A stretch of DNA of 62,370 nt, counting the filler, from Nemertoderma westbladi (Eukaryota > Animalia > Xenacoelomorpha), in NCBI GenBank assembly GCA_032718475.1. It is 3 parts of 3 records of this genome, joined end to end, with 100 filler letters (N's around TTAATTAATTAA, not from the genome) between each part and the next. Parts side by side here need not be neighbours in the genome. Positions count along the whole stretch, not along the records: positions 1 to 24,342 come from JAUCBJ010004005.1; positions 24,443 to 51,127 come from JAUCBJ010007781.1; 1 more part is not named here. One strand, given 5' to 3'. Under the pieces are notes generated by a model that saw only the letters and a list, made by a program, of their open reading frames with translations, was not told the origin of the DNA and did not search any database. Made by a program: the position numbers and the translations under genes. Position 1 is the stretch's first letter. Every line of letters begins with the position of its first letter. Below are positions 13,101 through 27,400 of the stretch, in pieces.

Positions 13101-14470
13101 AGTCACCCTCTAGCGGCCTTTGAATGAAACACGATTAGCGGTTAAAATGCTTACTAAAAGTATTTCAATCTGAGGTGAAATTAGCTGAAACAAGTTTTTT
13201 TCGAATTACGGAGGTCAGCTCCACAAAAGTTAGTGGTTAACATTTCCGCTCGAGAACATGTATCTTTTCAATGTATAGTTTGAATGTTTATAACTTGTAA
13301 ACATTATCGGTATAAAGTTCTAATATATACCTACTGTTGAATATCATACTTGCTAATTAACAAAAATGCCTAACAAAAACATAAACCGTTGCGCTGACTG
13401 ACCTTTTAACCTCAATCACAATAACCAATCGCTAATGATCTCATTCTTTAATGTTGTAAATACCGTTCTGTGATCTGTAAAAATGTTAAAATAATAAAAT
13501 GCCCTTTCTCACGGCACAATTTTGCGTAATTATTTTTCTACAAATAGAGACATACTTTTTCTTATTTCAAATTCGAAAATTGTTTTTGATTCCTTCATTC
13601 GCAAATCTATGCTTATAGTAGAATACAAGTTGATATGCTTTAATTAAATACATATATATTTTGTTGCAAGATATTGATAATAAATCGCAAGCTATTAATT
13701 CTCTAAACATAATCCGAGACAGGAGAGGGGAAACTGGACGCAAATCCCATCTTTCCGAACTAATATCCCGCCTCAAATGTGAAATTCACAATTTAGGGAA
13801 AGGAGCAGGTTAGAGTGGCACGTTATTTTAACCAAAACAATAAACTACTGCGAAGCACAATAGAACAGGTTACAGTTTTATTTATTTGCGTCCAATTTCC
13901 CCTGGAGAGGGATGAATTTTTATTGCTTCCAGTTCCCCCCCCCCCCCCCCCCCCCCCCCCCTATCTGCATAATCCACGAATTGTAATAACTTATCAAAAA
14001 CGTGTTTTATTTATAATTTATTGATGATGATTTATTATTGTATGTTTCCCTTCGCCCATATGACGAATACCAGGTTTTCACTCTTCGGTCAAAATTTTAT
14101 TGGAATTTATAGGCCTATGGAGAATTTGTATTTTTTAAATTTCTGCATTAAATGTCTAATATTAATATAAATGTTAAGTGTTTTACGGCGCTTACTTTCT
14201 ATATTACAGTATAACCTGTACAGATATTTAATCGTTTATTATTTTGGTTAGATTCAGCTTATCTGTAACAACCAGGATTTTTAGCGAAAACCTGGTGCGG
14301 TATTCTTCACATGGCTGCATGTAGTATACTGCAAAGTGAAATATAACATTATTATGTTATTTTATTTATTATGTTATTTTTATGTTATTATTGCAAGGGG
14401 AAGGGGATAGAGATTAGCTGTCTGTGTTATCTTAGTGAAATCCATTCCATATATTATTAAATATTAAATA

Positions 14471-14576
14471 ATGGACAGAAGACCTCAGAAAGCAGAGATG
14501 TTTAATAGGGGTTCAGTGTTCCCTAAAACCAGAGCCATGAATCAATTGGAGAGCATGCTGGGACCCGAAGACTCAG
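14471..14576 (+). CDS. Probable coding exon of the LIM-domain gene
   Basis: ATG-initiated MDRRPQKAEMFNRGSVFPKTRAMNQLESMLGPEDS, ending at the donor CAG|GTATGA in phase 1, which matches the phase-1 acceptor of the LIM exon at 20973. PKTRAMNQLESML loosely resembles the motif preceding the LIM domain in PDLIM/ALP proteins. Confidence 0.55.
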
Positions 14577-14735
14577 GTATGATACAGTAGTAGCGTAAAA
14601 TGATTATATCTGACCTGATACTGCTACACTATGACAGATAATACTGTACTACAATTATTATTTCTTATTTATTATAATATTAAAGAGTCATCGAAGATAC
14701 TAACTGTCTTCCACATGATATACAATTGCCAGCTA

Positions 14736-15139
14736 CAGAGGCATAGCGACAGGGGGGGGGGGGGAACTCACCTGGGCGCACTCACCCAGGGGCGCTGAAA
14801 TATCAGAGTAAATATCAGGTAAATTCTTGTAAAAATAGGACAAATCATTGAAAATTCAGGGATTGTGATACAGTATTTACAGGTCATGTCATAAGCGAAA
14901 ATATGGAAAAATTTTCCCTGCTCGCTTCGCCCGCCATTCTATATATTATAAGTGCACTATATCAAACTTGTTTAAAATAGATTTGATATAATTATATAGT
15001 ATACTGTTAGATATACTGTATAATATTTAAGAAAACAACATCATAAAAGAAAAGTTAAAATTATTGAAGGTGGGGGAGGGGTGGGGGCGCCATCTCAGCT
15101 TCATTCCCCTGGGCGCCAGAAGGGGGCCCTATGCCTGTC
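14736..15139. mobile_element. hAT-like MITE (degenerate)
   Basis: Ends CAGAGGCATAG ... CTATGCCTGTC (imperfect TIR), flanked by near-identical 8-mers GCCAGCTA (14728-14735) and TCCAGCTA (15140-15147). Confidence 0.5.
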
Positions 15140-15439
15140 TCCAGCTAATCACAATAGGATTGCTAAATTCTAATTACATAAATAAACAATCATTATGAAC
15201 AAATATTCGTAGCATATACATTTTTTTATTTATCCACAATAATGGTGGTACCAGGGGGAATAGAAACGCATTCAGTGGACTACAAACCAACTGAGTCCCA
15301 GCGAATGGGAGTGAATACGGACACATTGAAAGAGGGCAGTCAGAGTCTACAGCAAAGCCAAGAAACCAAAAGTAAAACCTATGGGATTATATCGGCGAAT
15401 CCTGCAGCTGCATCTGTATTCAGTGCTGAGAGAACAGGA

Positions 15440-17900
15440 AAGGAGACAGCACTGGTACGGGAGAAAGACAAGAGAGGTGGGTATAGGGAGAGATACAGCA
15501 CTGGTACGGGAGAAAGCCAAGAGAGGTGGGTATAGGGAGAGAGACAGCACTGGTATGGGAGAAAGACAAAAGAGGGGGTATAGGGAGAGAGACAGCACTG
15601 GTACGGTAGAAAGACAAGAGAGGTGGGTATAGGGAGAGAGACAGCACTGGTATGGAGGTTGGTAGGGAATAGACACAGCACTGGTACGGGGGTTAGTAAG
15701 TGAGAGAGACAGCATTGGTATGAGGTTGGTAGGGGGGAGATACAGCACTGGTACGGAGGTTAGTAGGGGAGAGAAACAGTACTGGTACGGGAGAAAGACA
15801 ACAGAGGTGGAAACAGGGAGAGAGACAGCACTGGTATGTGAGAAAGACAAGAAAGGTGGTTACTGGGAGAAGACAGCACTGGTATGGAGGTTGGTATGTG
15901 AGAGAGATAGCACTGGTACGGGAGAAAGACAAGAGAGGTGGGTACTAGGAGAGATACATCACTGGTACAAGAGAAAGACAAGAGAGGTGGATACTGGAAG
16001 AGAGCACTGTTATTGGAGAAAAAAAGAGAGGTGGCTACTGGAAGAGAGACAGCACTGGTACGGAGAAAGACAATAGAGGTGGGTACTGAGAGAGAGATAG
16101 CACTGGTACGGGAGAAAGACAAGAGGGGTGGGTACTGGGAGGGAGACAGCAATGGTACAGGGAGAAAGACAAGACTAGAGAGGTGGGTACTGGGAGAAAG
16201 ACTACACTGTTACAGCAGAAAGTCAAGAGCAGTGGGTACTGGGAGAGAGGGAGTACTGGTACAGGAGAAAGACAACAGGGGTGGGTACTGGGAGAGACAC
16301 AGCACTGGTATGGGAGAAAGTAAAGATAGATGGGTAGTGGGAGGGAGACAGTACTGGTACGGGAGAAAGACAAGAGAGGTGGGTACTGGGAAGGAGACAG
16401 CACTGGTACAGGGAGAAAGACATGAGTAGAGAGGTGGGTACTGGGAGAAAGACTGAACTGTTACAGCAGAAAGTCATGAGAGGTGGGTACTGGGAGAGAG
16501 TGAGTACTGATACAGGAGAAAGACAACCAGGGTGGGTACTGGGAGAGAGGGAGTACTGGTACAGGAGAAAGACAACAGAAGTGGGTACTGGGAGAGACAC
16601 AGCACTGGTATGGGAGAAAGTAAAGATAGATGGGTAGTGGGAGGCGACAGTAGTGGTACAGGAGAAAGAAAAGAGGGGTGGGTACTGGAAGGGAGACAGC
16701 ACTGGTACAGGGAGAAAGACAAGAGTAGAGAGGTGGGTACTGGGAGAAAGACTGCACTGTTACAGCAGAAAGTCAAGAGCGGTGGGTACTGGGAGAGAGG
16801 GAGTACTGGTACAGGAGAAAGACAACAGGGGTGGGTACTGGGAAAGACACAGCACTGGTATGGGAGAAAGTAAAGATAGATGGGTAGTGGGAGGGAGACA
16901 GTACTGGTACGGGAGAAAGACAAGAGAGGTGGGTACTGGGAGGGAGACAGCACTGGTACAGGGAGAAAGACAAGAGTAGAGAGGTGGGTACTGGGAGAAA
17001 GACTGAACTGTTACAGCAGAAAGTCATGAGAGGTGGGTACTGGGAGAGAGTGAGTACTGATACAGGAGAAAGACAACCAGGGTGGGTACTGGGAGAGACA
17101 CAGCACTGGTATGGGAGAAAGACAAGAGAGGTGGGTAATGGGAGAGAGGCTGTACTGGTATGGGGGAACGTAAAGATAGATGGGTAGTGGGAGGGAGACA
17201 GTACTGGTATGGGAGAACGACAAGAGAGGTGGGTACTGGGAGGGAGACAGCACTGGTACAGGGAGGAAGACAGAGTAGAGAGGTGGGTACTGCGAGAAAG
17301 ACTGCACTGTTACAGCAGAAAGTCAAGAGCGGTGGGTACTGGGAGAGAGGGAGTACTGGTGCAGGAGAAAGACAACAGGGGTGGGTGGGTACTGGGAGAG
17401 ACACAGCACTGGTATGGGAGAAAGACAAGAGAGGTGGGTAATGGGGGAGAGGCAGTACTGGTATGGGATAAAGTAAAGATAGATGGGTAGTGAGAGGGAG
17501 ACAGCACTGGTATTACAGTCTTACAGTAATACTGGTACGGGAGAAAAACAAGAGAAGTGGGTACTGGGAGGAAGACAGCACTGGTATGGGAGAAAGTAAA
17601 GATAAATGGGTAGTGGGAGGGAGACAGCACTGGTATTACAGTCTTACAGTAATACTGGTACGGGAGAAAAACAAGAGAAGTGGGTACAGGGAGGGAGACA
17701 GCACTGGTATGGGAGAAAGTAAAGATAGATGGGTAGTGGGAGGGAGACAGCACTGTTACAGGAGAAAGTCACTGTTAGTCAGTATGTCGGTACATTCAAT
17801 TATCACAAGAAATGTTGGCACTGGGAGAGAGGCAGCACTGGAATGGAGGTTGGTAGGGAAGAGAGAGACAGCACTGATACGGAGGTTGGTAGGGGAGATA
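15440..17900. repeat. Degenerate purine-rich ~49-bp minisatellite with ~550-bp higher-order repeat, intronic
   Basis: Recurring core GAGACAGCACTGGTACGGGAGAAAGACAAGAGAGGTGGGTA. The block at 16141 recurs at 16691. Confidence 0.9.
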
Positions 17901-19989
17901 AACAAGATATGTTGGTACGGTATGCTGTTGTGGGTTATCTGCTAAATGGTACTCCAACGTATAGGATAGGCCTAATATATATATTGCAATGTAAAATAGA
18001 AGTCTACTCAAATATTCCCCCACAATCTTTTAGTCCTCAAATCAACCAACGAAAAATCCTCTAAAAACTATATATCTATTTATTTATATATTTGTAAGCA
18101 TAAAATAATAAATAAATAAAATATTATTTTAAATAAACCTAGTAAAAATAAACCTAATATTACTTTATCACTAGCTTTCGATATAATATGTATATCTTTT
18201 TCAAGTGTTGAAAACCAACTATTTATAAATTAAATAAATTAATAACAATATAAGCACAATTTAAAATTATAGAAAGTTTGTATACGTCTTTCCTATTTCC
18301 TGTTTCTCAGGCGAACCGATTTAACTATGGGTTGAATACATCTACACCGTAATCATTCACTACTGCCTCGTTGATGGTGTTCAACCCGAATGGTTGCACT
18401 GTTAGCAGAGTATGTTCGCGCTTTCAGACCTTTAGCAGTTTAACCTGCCAAATTTAGGTGTCTTCTAGATTATAAATCGACTTTAGCCTATGACGAGTAT
18501 TTGATACACTACATTAGCCGAAGCCAGTCTATGCGCGACCATTCACCCGCTGGATATACCCGGGAGACTGGATTCGGAAGCTTTGACCTAATTGCGGTGT
18601 AGGCCTACTGTATTATTCGACTGATCGTTAATATATAATTTCTGACAAATATTATTCACTTTCGGGAAATATTAACAGTTCCTTTAGGACGTGGCGCTCT
18701 AAATATGTAAACAGAGTTATGACTTATACTAGACACAACGGGATGGCTATGGATTCACGTATAAAGCGCATTCTTTAGGACATGCTTTGTTATCAGTCAC
18801 AATCATGCACACTACCGCACAATGCTGCACACCGATCTGCCGACCTTCACTAATTTTAGTCACATATAAAGAGAACAACAACCGACTCATGTAGTGCCTA
18901 TGAAATAGCATTAGATTCACTCCAAAACCACTTTAATGTAAGTCGCAATTGTTATATGTAACCGGTCTCTCTAACCTTCAGTATATCAAGAAGATTGGGG
19001 TTTTCTGATTATTTATAGATATTATCCAAATATAACAAGATTCCATCAACTGATATAATTAATAACCGAATAAACCATAAATAGCAGTGAAATAATGCGG
19101 TGAAAGCATAATGCATATGTACTGAGTTGGTTTGAGATTGGTTTGATAACAGTTATACGTTTCTCTGACCAAAGCCTACTAATGTTTGGCTAAAGCCTGA
19201 AACACAGTAACTCCAAAGCCGGTCTTCTGGCTGTGGACAAAATACACATACTGACTCAATTGCATGAGTTTCTGTATACAATCTCCAACACAGAGTGAAA
19301 ACCGCTCTGATTGGTCGACCGAACAAAGAAAGAACAAAGAACAAGAAATGTTACACGTGGACATATCAGCTGTTAGATGTCGTCATGGTAACTACACTGT
19401 ATCAAGAGGATATTGGCTATTGCGACATAAGATCGCTAGTTATGTCCGCTAAAGTACACAGCTAGTTATGTCCGCTAAAGCACACATACAGAAGAAATGG
19501 CTCTTTATATCCACTAAAACGCCTACAGAGTACTTTGCGGGGAAAATAACTAGCTAGATCCGCAAAAGCCTTTACAGAGTACATTGCCAAAAGCCCTCCC
19601 TGTTCCTTAGTTCGACGGTTTGATCTATTTTGTTTCTCGATTTAAATTTGACGTTCTCAATTGGTGTTATTTTGAAGTCCGCAAATTTGTGTCCAACCTG
19701 TTTACAGAAATGACGTTCAATTGAAGTCATGGGGTTATTGTTTACTATCTTGCTTTCATAATTTCTAATTCTTGCTTTTAGGTTCGGTTGTCGATCCTAC
19801 CCCTTGTAAGTGGCATTTTTCACACTTTACCAGATAAATAACATTCTTAATGTCACAAGTAAAATTTCCTTTGTATATCTCTTTTTGTTCAGTGGGGTCG
19901 TTGTTGTAAAATTATTTAAAGGTTGAATAGATTCACCAGGATTACATCTTCTTCGTTTACACTTCGTACCAACAACCAAGTCACTTCTA

Positions 19990-20209
19990 TTACTGTAGTT
20001 ATTGGTTTGAGGATGCAATCATTGTTTTCAAAGTTTGGGGCCCTTCGATGTACTACTCTAAACTCATAATTCCTATTGAGCTCACGTGTAATTACGTTGT
20101 CATTCAATATACTTGCGTAGTACATCGAAGGGCCCCAACTTTGAAAACAATGATTGCATCCTCAAAACTACATACAGAGACAGAAACATGGGCCAATAAC
20201 TACAGTAAT
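19990..20209. repeat. Inverted repeat / MITE-like foldback
   Basis: ATTACTGTAGTTATTGG-TTTGAGGATGCAATCATTGTTTTCAAAGTTTGGGGCCCTTCGATGTACTAC is mirrored by GTAGTACATCGAAGGGCCCCAACTTTGAAAACAATGATTGCATCCTCAAA...CCAATAACTACAGTAAT. Confidence 0.75.
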
Positions 20210-20972
20210 GTGTTGTAGCGAAATTAGTTCTAGTAGCATTGATTGTGCAGTGGAAAAATTTTTACCCCGCCCCGCCAGGTGTTGTACATAACAATACCGG
20301 TATTTTAATATAATAATAATATAAATAATAATATATAATTATATAAATATGTCTATAAAGCATTAATTTTAGCATAATTAATATATTTTATGATATATCT
20401 TATTATATGATATATAATCGTATTAAGACTGACGATGTAATTTTAGTGGTGGCTAAATTAACCCCATTAATTTAATGGAGAATTTCCCCACCAGGATGCT
20501 AAGGTAAGTTGGTTAGTTGGTTAGTACAGTTGGAAGTAACTCGAGCTGACAATCGAAATGATAATTACTGTACAGATGGCCTTGGTTTAATATTTCATTC
20601 GGTCAGGGACACACGCCGAAGAGGCTTCATAGTAAATTATTTGTTAAAAGGTTAAGGAATATATTTATTGAATTCGAGTCAGTACAAAATCTCATCTCAA
20701 GATCAAAACATGACAAAATAGAAAGCATTATTTTGGCTGCATTTACTAAACTATGTAAGATCTCTAAGTAAAGTCATTCAGATATGAGCTACTATGGCGC
20801 ACTGGTAAAACCGAGCAGCATCATACAGAAACAACCCATTTGTGTTTGGCAACGTTGCTGCACGAGCGGTCATCTTTTATAATAACATATGCCGAAAAAG
20901 TACCCTTACCCCTTCGTAATTTTATATTACAGCCATTGTTAAATGCAATACAAATACATTATCTGCTTTCAG

Positions 20973-21193
20973 GTCCCGTAGGTCACGTATCCGAAGTCGC
21001 TCACCCTTCTGACCCAACAGTTTGTCAGGGTTGTTATTCTGAACTGAAAGGACGTCATATAAAGATTAAAGGGAGGGGATTCCATCCAAACTGCTTTGTT
21101 TGCGAAGAATGTGGAATTTGTCTGAAGAACGCGGGTTATTGCGAGAAGAATGGAGTGTTTCTATGCAAGAAGTGTGTTGGGCGACCATTTTAA
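20973..21193 (+). CDS. Terminal exon encoding a LIM zinc-finger domain (PDLIM/ALP-like)
   Basis: Acceptor CTGCTTTCAG|GT. Translation CQGC-x16-HPNCFVCEEC-x17-CKKC matches the LIM consensus, and HPNCFVC..C...LK..GY resembles the C-terminal LIM of PDLIM1-4. Stop TAA at 21191-21193. Confidence 0.88.
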
Positions 21194-24100
21194 TTATTAA
21201 CTAAGCAGGCAGCAGGCAGCAGGCAGCACTTAACGCATGTTGGTTCGTGTTTTTTTATGTCAATTTTAGTACAGTTTTATTTATTTGTTCATTCAAAATT
21301 AAAGTAGGTAATGTAAGTCTATGATTGCAGTGCTTGGTATATTGTAGAAAGAAAATCTGATCAAATACTCTTTATATTCATTTTCCTATGTTTATTATTA
21401 CTTATTTACCTATACAGTAAGTAATGGAAGATCTAAAATGAATCTTGTCAAAATTAAGGTGGAAGCTTCTCCTTGTGAATTTAATGTTATATTTCTAATT
21501 ACACATTGTTTTTAACAAAACTGTGTTATGTTGTTTAATTGGTTAGAGAATGGTACTCTATTCAAGAGAGACAGGTGGGTGGGCTGAGAAATTGAATGTA
21601 ATAATAAACCAGTAATAATTATATAAAAATATAACCTAATTCTACAATACTGTATTTGGCAAGGGTAAGTAAAAAAAGAGATGGTTTCTCTTATGGGAGG
21701 AGGTGGGGGGTACAGTAGTTGTGCCATGGTATGTTCTATTATATAGAGAATACAAATATATATATAGTCGGATATGAATGGTGGGGGGGGGGGGGGGGGG
21801 TGGGGAATTTCACCTCAACAACTGTAGTATCTGCCGCAATTAAGTTCCGCCATCCTGTCAAATGTGAACAGTGTTTACATTTATAAAGGAAGCACTGCTC
21901 TCACTAAACAGAGGAGCATACACTTGTAGGATATTGTAGGGGAATAAAGGAACATCAATGATAAAAAGATAGAAAAATTGCGAGGTGTTTTAGGAATCTT
22001 TCTCATAATTATTAAATAATTGGGAAAATTGTTTGCCGGGAAAAAAGAAAAGAAAGAAAAGAAAAGTTTGAAACATTGCTAAGAAATATTTTATATGAAA
22101 AGTATAAAATTTAAAATAATTTTGTAGTTTAGTTGCCTTTAGTTGATTTTCAATATTTGTAAATATAAGACAAAAGACGCAAAATTCGGTAACTAAGGCT
22201 AGTCTAAGGCCATAAGACATTAGCACCTATAAAAAAAATGGTAGGCCTAGTATTAAATAATAGCGGGAAAAGTTAGGATTTATTATATACTGTAGAGTAG
22301 AGTACAGCCCGCCATCGCCAGTAAATATCAAACCTCCATGGCTCATCATTCGTCCTGAAACCTTCATCACTTAGCGTTCGATATGTTTAGCGGAGGGAGG
22401 AGACGGACGGACAGTAAGACACGAAATACTGTAGTATCGAACACCTAGAATTCCAGACAGAATAAGCTGCACAAACTTATCAACAACACCGGTCCTATAT
22501 TTGACGTAACAGACAAACTCCCTTTATTTTTTAGTAGTTAATATAGCATGTAATTTAACTATATAAATATAAGTACGTACCTACTGTTAAATTAAAGCTT
22601 GTTTGCTCAGCTGCAGATAAATTGATTACTAAATAAACAAACATTTACTTATAAATGGAGAGATACAGTTTGTATAAAACTTATAAATACTTTAATTATT
22701 AATGCTAGGTGCACTGTTGGTACAGTGCAGTGCGAATATGACAATGGTTTTACGTATACAATGCACCCAAGCCTCATTATATTGCCTAATACTTTGAAGG
22801 AGAAGCAGGTGCATAACTGGGCATAGTTGCCCAGCAACCCCCCTAATAGTGCGGTGCTTTAATAATAACAGCTGATAATAAAATAGCAATAATAAATTAG
22901 CGCAGGACTTCAGGCACATATAAATGAAGGGAGGATGTGGGGGGATTCCTGTGTTTGCCAAGTTAAGAAGAAGTAAGGATGACGCTATTGGTGCAACCTG
23001 GTTGCCCCTGACGACATTCTTTTGGCCTGGCTCAAAAGATAACAGGCCAAGTAAGTAAGCTGTGGGTTCTCAGGAAAAGCCTTAGTGCTGAATGCAGGGG
23101 GGTGAAGTGTGGGATAGGCCGAGGTTCTGACTCGGGCGTGTTCGGATAGGAGGGGGTAGCCCAGCCCTATCCGCTACCCAACTCCCTAGTATGCTGTACA
23201 TCCCTCCCGTCATCTCTGGACTGCCTCATCTCTGCTTTCCCTCGCTTCAGGGTCAGAACACAATACATTCCGATAAACGTTCTCTTGATTGCCATGAATT
23301 AGAAGCAATGCTTGTCAGGGTCATTGTCCTTCGGATAACTTAATTACATGAAATAATATACTGTATTTCGATTAAAACGTACAGTACTACTGTATATTCC
23401 CGATAGAACTTCTGTATTATAATTGGTTCTTCATGACAGTAGGTTATGACGGTTTCGATTGCCCTGTAAAATTACTGTGTGCAATGTACCCGCATACTTT
23501 GTTGTATAGGTAAGTTGCAGTCGTGTTCCTTCTTTTCTCCTCTTTGTATAAAATAACTATAATTTAATTTAATTTACAACATATTCGGCGCAACCTTCAC
23601 TGTTCCACAACCTTCAGCAACAAGAATTAATGACATATTGGATGACAATAAATCATTAAATTGAAGGAGAAATTGATGGGGATGGAGGGGGATGTCATTT
23701 CAAGGATTATGATTAGTAGGCCTATCTTAATCCTGTCGTGGGACCATGAAACCCATTTTAGGGGGTGAAACCCATCCGGGCAGGTTGCAGGGGGCAGGGG
23801 GCTGAGGGCAGGGGAAAGGAGCACATTACAATGGCACGTTAATCGAACTAAAGCAATAAAAGAAAGTCAATGGAACAGGATACAGTTTTATTTTTGGGGG
23901 TAATCTACCTACTTAGCTAGAAAAAATCATGCGCGAATGTTCTAACTCACATAATGCCTACTCTATGTGGTGTTTTATAACTTTAGGTCGATTGGTGGTA
24001 AATAAATGTTTAATATTTTTTTATTAATTTATGAATTTTTTTACATACATGTAAAAAAATACAGTACAGACGCGTATATTGATTGGTAAGCCATATACCC

Positions 24101-24342
24101 CTACTTTGCGCCCTGTTTTAGTTTTGGTAGGGCCTACGGTATCCTCCGCATATCTTTCTTGGCGGGTAGGGCAGTACCGGAAGTTATCCTTTATCCAGTT
24201 TACTATTACTGTAATTACGGAATAACAACTTTCTGACGTATGACTGTATGAGAATGACCTATCCTGCTGCATGCTGTATTATTAAATCCATCAACAACAG
24301 ACAGCAGGACAGTACCGTACCGGTACCAGCCGTTAATCACAA

Positions 24343-24442
24343 NNNNNNNNNNNNNNNNNNNNNNNNNNNNNNNNNNNNNNNNNNNNTTAATTAATTAANN
24401 NNNNNNNNNNNNNNNNNNNNNNNNNNNNNNNNNNNNNNNNNN
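24343..24442. other. Artificial contig linker (N44-TTAATTAATTAA-N44)
   Basis: 100-bp spacer with a six-frame stop core; an identical copy lies at 51128-51227. Confidence 0.97.
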
Positions 24443-27400
24443 AGGAATGGGTTTTATAGACGAACATTTACTATAATATCTCGCGCTTATATCTGTAGGA
24501 ATGGGTTTTATAGACGAACATTTACTATAATATCTCGCGCTTATATCTGTAGGAATGGGTTTTATAGACGAACATTTACTATAATATCTCGCGCTTATAT
24601 CTGTAGGAATGGGTTTTATAGACGAACATTTACTATAATATCTCGCGCTTATATCTGTAGGAATGGGTTTTATAGACGAACATTTACTATAATATCTCGC
24701 GCTTATATCTGTAGGAATGGGTTTTATAGACGAACATTTACTATAATATCTCGCGCTTATATCTGTAGGAATGGGTTTTATAGACGAACATTTACTATAA
24801 TATCTCGCGCTTATATCTGTAGGAATGGGTTTTATAGACGAACATTTACTATAATATCTCGCGCTTATATCTGTAGGAATGGGTTTTATAGACGAACATT
24901 TACTATAATATCTCGCGCTTATATCTGTAGGAATGGGTTTTATAGACGAACATTTACTATAATATCTCGCGCTTATATCTGTAGGAATGGGTTTTATAGA
25001 CGAACATTTACTATAATATCTCGCGCTTATATCTGTAGGAATGGGTTTTATAGACGAACATTTACTATAATATCTCGCGCTTATATCTGTAGGAATGGGT
25101 TTTATAGACGAACATTTACTATAATATCTCGCGCTTATATCTGTAGGAATGGGTTTTATAGACGAACATTTACTATAATATCTCGCGCTTATATCTGTAG
25201 GAATGGGTTTTATAGACGAACATTTACTATAATATCTCGCGCTTATATCTGTAGGAATGGGTTTTATAGACGAACATTTACTATAATATCTCGCGCTTAT
25301 ATCTGTAGGAATGGGTTTTATAGACGAACATTTACTATAATATCTCGCGCTTATATCTGTAGGAATGGGTTTTATAGACGAACATTTACTATAATATCTC
25401 GCGCTTATATCTGTAGGAATGGGTTTTATAGACGAACATTTACTATAATATCTCGCGCTTATATCTGTAGGAATGGGTTTTATAGACGAACATTTACTAT
25501 AATATCTCGCGCTTATATCTGTAGGAATGGGTTTTATAGACGAACATTTACTATAATATCTCGCGCTTATATCTGTAGGAATGGGTTTTATAGACGAACA
25601 TTTACTATAATATCTCGCGCTTATATCTGTAGGAATGGGTTTTATAGACGAACATTTACTATAATATCTCGCGCTTATATCTGTAGGAATGGGTTTTATA
25701 GACGAACATTTACTATAATATCTCGCGCTTATATCTGTAGGAATGGGTTTTATAGACGAACATTTACTATAATATCTCGCGCTTATATCTGTAGGAATGG
25801 GTTTTATAGACGAACATTTACTATAATATCTCGCGCTTATATCTGTAGGAATGGGTTTTATAGACGAACATTTACTATAATATCTCGCGCTTATATCTGT
25901 AGGAATGGGTTTTATAGACGAACATTTACTATAATATCTCGCGCTTATATCTGTAGGAATGGGTTTTATAGACGAACATTTACTATAATATCTCGCGCTT
26001 ATATCTGTAGGAATGGGTTTTATAGACGAACATTTACTATAATATCTCGCGCTTATATCTGTAGGAATGGGTTTTATAGACGAACATTTACTATAATATC
26101 TCGCGCTTATATCTGTAGGAATGGGTTTTATAGACGAACATTTACTATAATATCTCGCGCTTATATCTGTAGGAATGGGTTTTATAGACGAACATTTACT
26201 ATAATATCTCGCGCTTATATCTGTAGGAATGGGTTTTATAGACGAACATTTACTATAATATCTCGCGCTTATATCTGTAGGAATGGGTTTTATAGACGAA
26301 CATTTACTATAATATCTCGCGCTTATATCTGTAGGAATGGGTTTTATAGACGAACATTTACTATAATATCTCGCGCTTATATCTGTAGGAATGGGTTTTA
26401 TAGACGAACATTTACTATAATATCTCGCGCTTATATCTGTAGGAATGGGTTTTATAGACGAACATTTACTATAATATCTCGCGCTTATATCTGTAGGAAT
26501 GGGTTTTATAGACGAACATTTACTATAATATCTCGCGCTTATATCTGTAGGAATGGGTTTTATAGACGAACATTTACTATAATATCTCGCGCTTATATCT
26601 GTAGGAATGGGTTTTATAGACGAACATTTACTATAATATCTCGCGCTTATATCTGTAGGAATGGGTTTTATAGACGAACATTTACTATAATATCTCGCGC
26701 TTATATCTGTAGGAATGGGTTTTATAGACGAACATTTACTATAATATCTCGCGCTTATATCTGTAGGAATGGGTTTTATAGACGAACATTTACTATAATA
26801 TCTCGCGCTTATATCTGTAGGAATGGGTTTTATAGACGAACATTTACTATAATATCTCGCGCTTATATCTGTAGGAATGGGTTTTATAGACGAACATTTA
26901 CTATAATATCTCGCGCTTATATCTGTAGGAATGGGTTTTATAGACGAACATTTACTATAATATCTCGCGCTTATATCTGTAGGAATGGGTTTTATAGACG
27001 AACATTTACTATAATATCTCGCGCTTATATCTGTAGGAATGGGTTTTATAGACGAACATTTACTATAATATCTCGCGCTTATATCTGTAGGAATGGGTTT
27101 TATAGACGAACATTTACTATAATATCTCGCGCTTATATCTGTAGGAATGGGTTTTATAGACGAACATTTACTATAATATCTCGCGCTTATATCTGTAGGA
27201 ATGGGTTTTATAGACGAACATTTACTATAATATCTCGCGCTTATATCTGTAGGAATGGGTTTTATAGACGAACATTTACTATAATATCTCGCGCTTATAT
27301 CTGTAGGAATGGGTTTTATAGACGAACATTTACTATAATATCTCGCGCTTATATCTGTAGGAATGGGTTTTATAGACGAACATTTACTATAATATCTCGC

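Noticed and set aside
15347-18064. Many short ORFs on both strands
   Set aside because: Derived from the degenerate purine-rich minisatellite.
24387-24398. TTAATTAATTAA motif inside N runs (also 51172-51183)
   Set aside because: Artificial six-frame-stop linker; adjacency across these joins is not biological evidence.
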